Position numbers and translations under genes: made by a program
Assembly: GCA_964234715.1 (NCBI GenBank)
Contig: OZ174275.1
Strand: one strand, 5' to 3'
From: Podarcis melisellensis
Lineage: Eukaryota
DNA length: 64,000 nucleotides
In this document: piece after piece, positions 1 through 9,310 of the stretch
Layout: every line of letters starts with the position of its first letter
How positions within the stretch are numbered: the first letter of the stretch is position 1
The notes under the pieces: generated by a model
The model's database searches: none
What the model was told of the DNA's origin: nothing
Seen by the model: the letters and a program-made list of their open reading frames with translations, nothing else

Positions 1-474
1 GGAATGGACAATCCAAACAAATCTAAAATATGGAAATAGTTTTGTTTCCTCACCTAATGTGAAATTGTTCCCTTCAAAGTGATTTTTTGTCAATATTTGT
101 GAAATCTATTTATATGGCTACTGCAGTTGTACGATGAACTTGATAAAGATCAGCAATTCCTATTTTTTACATTCACAGCATGTTTTTATTTTTTAAAAAA
201 CTAACATAAATGTACTATTCTATGCATCATTTTATGTTTCCTGTTAAATATAAGTGAAAATTGATTGGGGCATTTCTCCATAGAATTCTATCTTTATTTC
301 ATCATAATTGCTTCTTATTTGAATAATGACAGATGAACTGCTTCATTCAACTGCAGTTTTTTAAAAAGCTTTGAAGTCACAATAACAGCACCGGATTTAA
401 ATCCTGAAGCTATTATGGTGGCAGGAAAGAGATCGGGGGGGGGGATTAAAACTTGGGGTCCTAAAAAGAAAATA

Positions 475-1053
475 CCATATTTTTTGCCCTATAGGGCACA
501 CTTTTTCCCCTCCAAAAATGAAGGGGAAATGTGTGTGCGTCCTAGTCCTATGGGGCAAATGCAGGCTTCAGGAAGCTCTCCGCAAGTCTTGGGAGCCCGC
601 GGAAGTTTCCGTTGGGCTCCCTAGGCTTGCGGATAGCAGCCTGCATCTCAAAGCCTGGAGTGCGCTGCACAGCGCGCCCCTAGCTTCGGTTCCCCGACCT
701 GGTATGGAGGCTGGCGGCGGGGAGAAGTGCGCTTCTCCCCGCCGCCAGCTCCACAAGCTGGGGGACAGCGGGGAGGTGCAGCGCCACCATCCCGCTGTTT
801 CCCGACCTGGTTTGGGCTTCAGGCAGATATCCGCAAGGCGTGGGAGCCCGGCGGGAAGTCGTGCCAGTCTCCCAAGGCTTGCAGAGCGCTGCCTGTTCTG
901 GGGGCTGGGGCCGGGGGAAGCTCGGGCTTCCCCTGCCCCAGCCCTGCGCCTGGGGGGGGGGGAATAAAAGTTTTTTTCTTTATTTGCCCCCCCCCCAAAA
1001 AAAACCTAGGTGCGTCCTATGGGCCGGTGCGCCCTATGGGGCGAAAAATTCGG
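475..1053. mobile_element. Non-autonomous Tc1/mariner-pogo type DNA transposon (MITE) with GC-rich interior
   Basis: TA on both sides (473-474, 1054-1055). TIRs ccatattttttgccctatagggcacac versus revcomp ccgaatttttcgccccatagggcgcac. Confidence 0.88.
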
Positions 1054-1185
1054 TAGTTTTATGAAGTAATAGTCATCACTTCTGGTTGTATTCACTACCA
1101 GTTTCTGCAACTTCTACATTGCCAAAGTGATCTATCTGTACAGCTCTTAAATGCATTTAATTGTAATAGACGAGGGTCAATATAG

Positions 1186-1709
1186 TGTTGCATATCGCCC
1201 CAATCTCTTGAGTGATGAAAGATTCCAGGGTTTCAGGCGCTCATCCAGAGTTCGTGTTTGTTTTTGCAAAGACAGCACAGCAGAGACTGTGGTATCTTTA
1301 TGTTACATGACTTATTTATACATATATACAACTTGAACCTACAGTGGAGGGGTTCACAGCACTAACACCCCAAAAGGCTCGTTTGTCCCATAGCCATAGC
1401 CCTGGATTCAAACAGAAATCAAACATTGCTCAGACACACTCTCCAGCTCGCTGGTTTATGTCTAGGTCACATCCGTCTCTAAAACTCTGAAATCTGGCTT
1501 TATCTGTTGGGGAAGGGGCCCCCACCCCTTTGCTGTCTCACACAAAGCCCCTTAATCCCCCTTAATGGCTCATTACCCAGGCTTTCACCATCACCAGGAG
1601 GCTAGCCTGGCTATTCCAAGAATTAGAAGCCTTGATTAAATTGTAACACTTGCTGGATCCAGGGATTAGAGGAGCCTGGCATCCACTTTAACTCCCCAAA
1701 CTCATAACA
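1186..1709 (-). mobile_element. Solo LTR (ERV1-like by 4-bp TSD)
   Basis: TGTT...AACA termini with perfect 4-bp TSD ATAG (1182-1185, 1710-1713); 524 bp. Orientation inferred from A-rich polyA-like motifs on the minus strand near 1295-1325. Confidence 0.7.
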
Positions 1710-2991
1710 ATAGTAAGAAAACTTCTCAATGGTTATTTTAAGACTGAAATCATATGCTTTGAAAAAAAAAAAGTTTTAAATTCAGTGCAGATGCAGAGCT
1801 ATATTTTGCCAATAAAGAGTTCATTAGATCTTTTCCCTCTCTGACATTTACATCTACTCCAAAGTATAGTTTAATACTCCAAGGTATGAATTTCAAAGTT
1901 CCCTTTATCTTTGTATTCCAATTTTCAGCCATTAATCAAATAATATGAAACAGCTTTACAAAAAAAAAAACCCCTCTAGGAATGGATCACACATTCAAAA
2001 TGTGCCTTCCAGAAGTTTTTTGAGTATTATTTTGGAGGGGTGTATGCATGTAATCAATATATGCACAAAAATACTTAGATTTTATATATATATGACAAAA
2101 TGTGTGTTAGAAAGGTGACAAAATCACACGTACCTCCAACAAATCTTTTTAAATGGTACCTCTTAGAAGAATACAAATATGAAGTTATTTACTCGCCTTG
2201 GTGGATATATGTACCCATCTCCAGCAGTTAAACTAATGAGTGTTCTTCTGTGTATATGGCAGAAGTAGGTGCTCAGATGATGTACCGTGTCTCTCATGAG
2301 ACCCAGCCAGTATAGCCAATGGTCAGGGATAATGGGAGTTATAGTACAACAAAATGGCTATAAATTCTGTGTCGCAGTTGCCAACCCACATGGCTGTTAA
2401 TCCATTTGAAAAATTCCCTGCAAGTATTGTACTAGCACATCAGAATGTGTTTCTAGCCCTGTATGGGGAAAAAATTACAGGTATTTTAAAGTAAGGACAT
2501 ATGCTATAGTCACTATTGAGACAACAGGCAGGTAGAATTTGTGTCATGGTAGTACAGTACAAAAGGCTGTGGGGAAAGTTAAGGCATTTAGTCAGCCCTT
2601 AATTCCTGTGTGCCCTAATCTGAGGCCAAAGCACACCAGTACAAAAAGTAATTGCATTGAAAGGAATGGTCTAATGTTAGCTTATGTCCATTGGTTTCAA
2701 TGGGTCTGCTCTGAATTGGACTAGCATTGGGAATAATCCTGAAGCTGCAATCTTTTGCCTACTTACCTGGGAATAATCCCCGTTGATCTCAATGGTATTT
2801 TGCTTCTGCAGGGATATGTAACAAGACTGCACTTTTAAGCAGGGCTGGATGAATCGGCTTGTTTCCATTTGAAGCCAGTTTTGCATCCCTTCAACCACCT
2901 ATAAAATATTAGTTTAAAATGGTACATATTTTTTATATGCACTTTCCCCTAAAATACAAGTTTTGTATGCATTCCCCCCCCCCCAAGAATA

Positions 2992-3232
2992 CAGTGGTAC
3001 TTTGGTTTAAGAACAGTCCTTTTTAAGAACGATTCGGTTTACGAACTCTGCAAAACTGGAAATAGTGTCCCAGTTTGCGAACTTTACCTCAGTCTAAGAA
3101 CAGAATCCGAGCAGTGGAAGGGCACCGGCAGCGGGAGGCCTCATTAGGGAAAGCGTGCCTTGGTTTAAGAACGTTTTCAGTTTAAGAACGGACTTCTGAA
3201 ATGGATTATGTTCATAAGCTGAGGTACTACTG
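2992..3232. mobile_element. TA-flanked MITE, sister family of the 242-bp CAGTGGTACC MITE
   Basis: TA|cagtggtactttgg ... ctgaggtactactg|TA. Shares termini and the central cagcgggaggcctcattag with the 242-bp family but has different (tttaagaac) internal repeats. Confidence 0.85.
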
Positions 3233-4673
3233 TAGTTGATACAGGCAGCAGAAAGGTAGTAGAATGAAATGTAACAGTAGGTTCACATTTTCAATGCTCT
3301 TCTGTATTGCAGGTTTTTTAAAAACCACCTGCAAGTGGAGATCTTGAACAGGAAGGAGTGGATTAGAAGCTTTTCTTCTTATATGCTAGCTTTTTACACA
3401 TGGGAGCCCTGTTTAGGCACTCATTTCTCTCATGTGCTGAAAAGTATCAGGGTTCTGCTGGAAGGAAAGGCAGCTGCTAGCCCTTGTATCCTGTGACTGC
3501 TGGGTGAGGTTAAACTGTAATTCTTCTTCCTAAAAGATATCTACCTTGCTAGAAGATGCCCTCAAAGCTGCAGCTGTAGGAAAGGCGCATCTCCAAAACC
3601 TGACAGAAGAAGGTGGCATGGCGATTCCACACATTCGTTTGCAAAAAGAGGGAGGCTCAGACTGAGGGAAGTGAATGGCCTGCAAATTCTTATAGATCCT
3701 TACTGCAGTTTTACAGTTGTCACACTCAGGATGAGAGATTATATTATGTCCACAATCCCATGGAGAGTCGATGGTGAAGTGGGAGCTTCCTCTTGTTATC
3801 TCTTATCCATTTCCAGGCATAACAGATAAGTGAAGAATTGGAACAGTTCGCTCATGGGAGCCTAAATTGTGGCTCTTTCTTAATATCTATACAGTATATG
3901 ATATCCTATGAACAAGACCTTAGCAGCACAGGGAAAAGGGCTGGCTACCTTTGAAACAGCACTCAGTTGAAAGGAAATACAGTGATATTCTTGACCAAAT
4001 TTAAATGTGTTTGAAGTTCATTCATCTCTAAATTAGAAATAATTAAAGGGGCCCTCATTAACATGAATAACTTGTGTAACTTTTGTTTTTGAGTTAACCC
4101 TGAATCATAAACAAAGTCTCTCCCAGAAAAATATTTAAAATGTTTTACCTTCTTGTGCAAATCTTTACATATGTGCTAATGAATATATAAAATACTGCTT
4201 TTCAGCTTTGGAAGCTTGATTATTCCAACTTTTTTTAAGTTACGGAAAAGATAAAAAACAGTTCAATTTCATCAACTCAAACATGCAGTGGAATAAGACA
4301 TTGTTTTTGTAGGGCTGTTCATTCTTTGAACTTAGATGACATTGTCTCAGAGGACAAGATGTTTGATGAGTTTTATACTTTAAAGCCTCTCTTAAGAAAA
4401 AATTAGCTCAGAATCTGTTTTGTGTAGAATAGCGTATGTATGCGTGCAGAATCATTCAGTCTTCAAAAGACCAGAGGGGAAGCTGGTGTCATCTTCTATT
4501 TACTTTCAATATCTCTCTTTTAAATTCACACATTGGGAAAAGCTGAAGAATCATAATTTTAGGTGCTTATTTCTTACCAGTTCAAAGGGTGTAACTTTGC
4601 TTCTTATTTTACGTGAAGGAATAAAAGATCAGATACTTGCTCACAATTCACCTAATGAACTCTATGTGTACTA

Positions 4674-4912
4674 CAGTGGTACCTCGGGTTAAGTACTTAA
4701 TTTGTTCTGGAGGTCTCTTCTTAACCTGAAACTGTTCTTAACCTGAAGCACCACTTTAGCTAATGGGGCCTCCCGCTGCTGCCGTGCCGCCAGAGCATGA
4801 TTTCTGTTCTCATCCTGAAGCAAAGTTCTTAACCTGAAGCACTATTTCTGGGTTAGCAGAGTCTGTAACCTGAAGCGTATGTAACCTGAAGCGTATGCAA
4901 CCAAAGGTACCA
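4674..4912 (+). mobile_element. 242-bp CAGTGGTACC MITE copy, right TIR tip missing
   Basis: TA|cagtggtacctcgggttaag...; near-identical to the copy at 7435; ends aaggtacca followed by acaacaac. Confidence 0.9.
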
Positions 4913-4937
4913 ACAACAACTGCCCCATATGTATTTT

Positions 4938-5116
4938 CATAGTCCATTGTAGAATTAGAAGGGACTTGGAGGGTCATCTAGTCACACTCTTTGCAATGCA
5001 GGAATCTCAATTAAAGCATCCATGACAGGTGGCCATCCAACCTCTGCTTAAAAACCTTCAAGGAAGGAGAGTCCACCACCTCTCCTGGGAGTCTCTTCCA
5101 CTGTCGAATAGCTCTT
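4938..5116 (-). mobile_element. CR1 LINE 3' fragment
   Basis: Reverse complement matches the 3' ends of the CR1 copies at 27718 and 29269 (aagagctgtt..cagtggaa..ccttggaggtttttaagcagaggttggatggcc..cccttc.aa.tctac). Confidence 0.85.
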
Positions 5117-5204
5117 TTGCACCTCTTTACTCTGGTTTTTGACACTTGAGGTATACACGTATTTGAAGACCCACCTTACTTTTGTGATTGAAAGTTATTA
5201 TAAA

Positions 5205-5288
5205 CTGTTTTTAACATTGTGTTTTATATAATGTTGTAACCCGCCTTGGGACCTTAGGGTGAAAGGTGTGTGATAAATTAATAAATAA
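5205..5288 (+). mobile_element. LINE (L2-like) 3' tail remnant
   Basis: tgtaacccgccttgggaccttagggtgaaagg...taaattaataaataa; a similar copy lies at about 23680-23750. Confidence 0.5.
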
Positions 5289-5729
5289 GCAAATTCTGTT
5301 CTTACACAGGGCACGTGCAGACTCTATCAGCTTTCACTCGGTCACCCTAGATCACTCACTGCTCTCCAAAATAGAATAAAATAATCATAGTTAGTGCCAA
5401 ATAGGCAGTATATTGGGACTTTAAATATTAGTGTATCTGAATTTCTGAAGCCCAAATTTACATTTGCCTCACTTCATTGGCTGAAAACTTTCCTTTATAA
5501 TATGGAAAGGGATATGTCAGTTGCTAGAAAAGGTTTCTGCTGAAGCAGACATTTAGAGCTGTTGCACTTACAAAAGCTATGTAGACAACTCTGGATTTCA
5601 GTTTAAAGCAAATATTGCTGGGAAAAGGTTATCAGCAAGATTGCAACTATAAATACACTACCATTTTATTTGATCTGCAATTTTCATAATGTGTTACTGT
5701 TTGTGTTATGCAGTATAGGCATATATCTG

Positions 5730-5772
5730 TATGTGTGTGTACACACACACACACACACTACAATATACACAT
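5730..5772. repeat. (GT)/(AC) microsatellite
   Basis: tatgtgtgtgtacacacacacacacacactacaatatacacat. Confidence 0.8.
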
Positions 5773-6276
5773 ACATTACAATAAAATCTATTTTAAGTAT
5801 TGCTTTGCAAATGATTTATTCCCTAGCTTATGTATCTTATTCTATAAGATGGCGTTTTGATATGTTATTCCTTACATCTGTTGTTTTCTTAGAAACAAAA
5901 AGCAATGTGTTCTGCGCATGCTCTGGAACATTCAGCCAACCCTGGTACACAAACTGTGATGAGCAATTAATAGAATTCAAGTAATTCCTATTTATAATAG
6001 TTTCCATGATAGAGAATAGTATAAAATACCATCCAAAGTGTAGTTAGTATTTTCCGACTTTTAAGTGGCATGTACAAGTGATAGTACAAAAAAAGTGTAT
6101 ATACTGCTTTTCAGGGCAAAATCCCACCCAAAATGACTCGCAAGCAATATATAATATAAAACAATCAAGTTACTTTAAATTTACTTAGAACTGTTGTAGT
6201 TTAACAGACCAGGACAGTAGTTCATATGAAACATCAATTTTAAAAGCTAGCAAATACGGGTCCATTCATGAAAATA

Positions 6277-6470
6277 TGGTTTAGTGATTAGACCACTGGA
6301 CTATGACCTGGTTCAGATCCCCACTTGACCTTGAAGCTTACTAGACGATCATGGAAAAGCCACTGACTCTCAACCTAATTTTCCCCACATTTGTGGGGAT
6401 AAAACTAAGTGGGATATAACCATGCATGCCACATTGAGCAACTTGGAGAAGAGGTGGAATGTAAATGTTA
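6277..6470 (+). mobile_element. Degenerate tRNA-derived (MIR/CORE-like) SINE
   Basis: A-box-like tggtttagtgatta, B-box-like ggttcagatccc, decayed core and tail. Confidence 0.55.
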
Positions 6471-6617
6471 CACTTAAGCAAGTCATTTTTTCAGGAGAGA
6501 GTTCCAGAGATATAGGATCACCACTGAAAAGGCCTTGTCTCTATAGCCCACCTATGTGGCAGACTTACAAGCACAACCTCTGAGGCAGATATTAAGATCA
6601 AAGCAAGTGTGTATGGG

Positions 6618-7018
6618 TGTCATGGGCCAGGAGTCATCTTCACCTGCTGAACAGCAGCCTGAAGGGGGGAAAGGTGGAGTGACTCCACCTGCAGTTGATT
6701 AGCCTTCAAGGACATAGGATAAGGGATTGATGAGAACCAGCTGGCTGTAGCCTCCTTAAGCAGAACTTCCAGCAACAGTCAAATGCTGGTAACAACACTT
6801 GTAGTTCCTGGCTCTACCTTGCTGCCTCCTGCTCGTCTTAACCCTTGACCCCTGGACTATCTGACCATGTGAATTGCTGTTTGCTGAACCCTAGGACTTC
6901 GACCTGACTTCTTATGCTGACTCTGCCTCCAGGTAAGTATCTCAGAGATTCTTCCAGTTGGCTGGCCTCCTACTCCACTGAGCTCTGCGCATTGTTGCTC
7001 AGCAGCGCGACTACAACA
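6618..7018. mobile_element. Solo LTR (Gypsy-like, 5-bp TSD) inserted in an L2 remnant
   Basis: TGTCA...CAACA termini flanked by ATGGG (6613-6617) and GTGGG (7019-7023). The L2-like host (gagagttccag..ccactgaaaaggcc..tatggg|tacaggtggtccttca) resumes after it. Confidence 0.6.
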
Positions 7019-7434
7019 GTGGGTACAGGTGGTCCTTCATATATAAATCTCTTACCTTTTCTTCTTGACTGCGAAAAGATCAGAAATACAAATAGGTACA
7101 ATACCTTTTGATACATACAAAGTTAGTAGCATAGTCACCCATCCATCCACACTAGGAAAAGACAAAAAGGCAAGAAGGGAAAAAAACTCCTGTCCCAATA
7201 TATATATATTACAGAATTTAATAATGAATGATTTTTTTGAAGCATGAAAATAGAGTAGAATGGCTGATAGGCAATTCTTGTGGATGCTAGCGTTATAACT
7301 GAATGTGGGCCAGTGTGGCCCTCAGACCAAAATACGTTGATTACTCCTGTTCTGGACAGCACTAGTTGCATATAGATAAGAAATGAAGAAAACAACCCTG
7401 GAGGGATGTGGGGATATGTGTGAATTCCCATGTA

Positions 7435-7676
7435 CAGTGGTACCTCGGGTTAAGTACTTAATTCGTTCCAGAGGTCCGTACTTGACCTGAAACAGTTCTT
7501 AGCCTGAAGCATCACTTTAGCTAATGGGGCCTCCCACTGCCGCTGCGCCACCACTGCACGATTTCTGTTCTCATCCTGAAGCAAAGTTCTTAACCTGAAG
7601 CACTATTTCTGGGTTAGCGGAGTCTGTAACCTGAAGCGTATGTAACCTGAAGCGTATGTAACCTGAGGTACCACTG
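7435..7676 (+). mobile_element. 242-bp CAGTGGTACC MITE (Tc1/mariner-pogo type, TA TSD)
   Basis: TA|cagtggtacctcgggtta ... taacctgaggtaccactg|TA; internal tgtaacctgaagcgta and ttcttaacctgaa repeats. Confidence 0.93.
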
Positions 7677-8769
7677 TATATCACAAGATAAAGAGAATGC
7701 ATATCCTATGTGAATGGTGCAATCACGATGAAGACTTCATGGCATTAAAGTCTGGATACACATGTGCACCCCATCTCATCAACACCTGCTGTGTGTATGT
7801 CACTGAATGCGTAATTACCGAGCTAGCATTATTATCCCACTACCCTTTGTTGATAGTGAATACAGACATCCAGACAGCAGGTCCAGAAATGCATGCAAAG
7901 AGCCTTCTTTGACTGAACAATCTGCCTGGCAGGATCAGAATTTTGCATTTGAGAAACATAATGGCTATTTGTAGCTAGAACATTGCAGATGCTAAATAAG
8001 GAAGAGGACGAATAAGCATTTTGGCTCACATATGGACATTTTATTTCTGAATTTGTTGTGGTTGTTACAAACCAAATAGAATCAAGGAAATTCATTTAAC
8101 AAAAAAGTTTGGATGTCACAAATCACATAAAAAATGAAAATATCACAAAATGAAACAAAATTTTGAGTTTCACAGCATTGTATCATTCAACATCATTATA
8201 AAACACATGCGTACTATGTGACGCAAGAATAGGGTGTGTTTGATTCATCTCAAATTTCTTGATATTTCTAAGCTTATGTCAGTTTCTTTTTCACAATGAT
8301 GAATTAAATTAATTAGATGCACTAAAGAGATGCATTAAGCAATTTTCACAAATGAAGACAAATTTCACAAATCTAAACTAAAAGGCAAATCAGATTATAG
8401 GAAATTAAGCTACTATCAATCAAAAGGCAAAATAATCAGGGTAGAAACCCAAGCCAAAATACTTGTCAGATCATGAAATGTTATTAGTAAATGAGGAAAA
8501 AAACATATTTGACGTTGGGGTCAATACCTTGCTTCTTTTATTAGTAAATTGACTAACTGCTGTAAGGATGAATGGCTTCAACCATGTACAGGGCATAAGT
8601 GTGGGTAACTAGCTGGATCAATGCCAATTTGGCTGCTATGTTTAGGCTAGGGGCAAAAGGTTCCCTTGAAAGCTATGAAGGCCGTTCTGCTTTCTGCTTT
8701 GGGTCTGGCCTCTTTCCATCTCTGTGCCATGACAATGTCATATTTTTTTTATCAGGCAGGTCCATATCC

Positions 8770-9310
8770 TAATATAAGAGCCCTGGTAGATCAAACTTAA
8801 GGCCTAGCTAGCTCTGCATCCTATTTCCCACAGTGAGCATCCAGATGCCTCTGGGAAGGCCGAAAGAACCAGTTTCTGTTCACTGTTTCAGCCCAGCAAG
8901 TGGTATTCAGAAGCACACCTCTAGCATCTTCACCATGGCTAGTAGCCAATGATAGCATCCTCCATGATTTGTTTATTTAATTTCTAAATCACCCTTATCC
9001 CAAAGGGATCCCAATATGGTGTACAGCAAATAATAAATACAATGACATCATATACATTACCACCAAGAGTCATGTAACTTCCAGTGGTATCATGACAAGC
9101 AAAACAGTTCCCATCAAATTCTCCCAAATGCCTGATAGAACAAAAACTTGTTTACCTGAGGACGAAAAATCAGTACTGATGGGGACAATCATACTTCTAA
9201 AGGAAGAAGTCCACAACAGACACCACAGCAGTGAAGAACTACCCTAGGTTACCACATAATGTAACAGATGCAGATGGAACCACAATTAAGGCCTCTCCCA
9301 CAAATCCTAA
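8770..9310 (-). mobile_element. Old LINE remnants (CR1-type 3' end followed by an L2-type 3' end)
   Basis: 8770-8970 resembles 44590-44845 (..catcct.tt.ccacagtg..cagatgcc..gggaag). 8970-9310 starts with a tttatttaattt tail and decayed L2-like sequence. Confidence 0.45.

Noticed and set aside
415-1064. Overlapping GC-rich ORFs of 62-149 aa and an apparent CpG island
   Set aside because: They lie largely inside a TA-flanked MITE; stop-poor because of GC content, with no recognisable protein or gene promoter.
7560-7676. CRISPR-like spaced repeats (taacctgaag)
   Set aside because: Sub-terminal repeats of a MITE in a vertebrate genome; no unique spacers and no cas genes.
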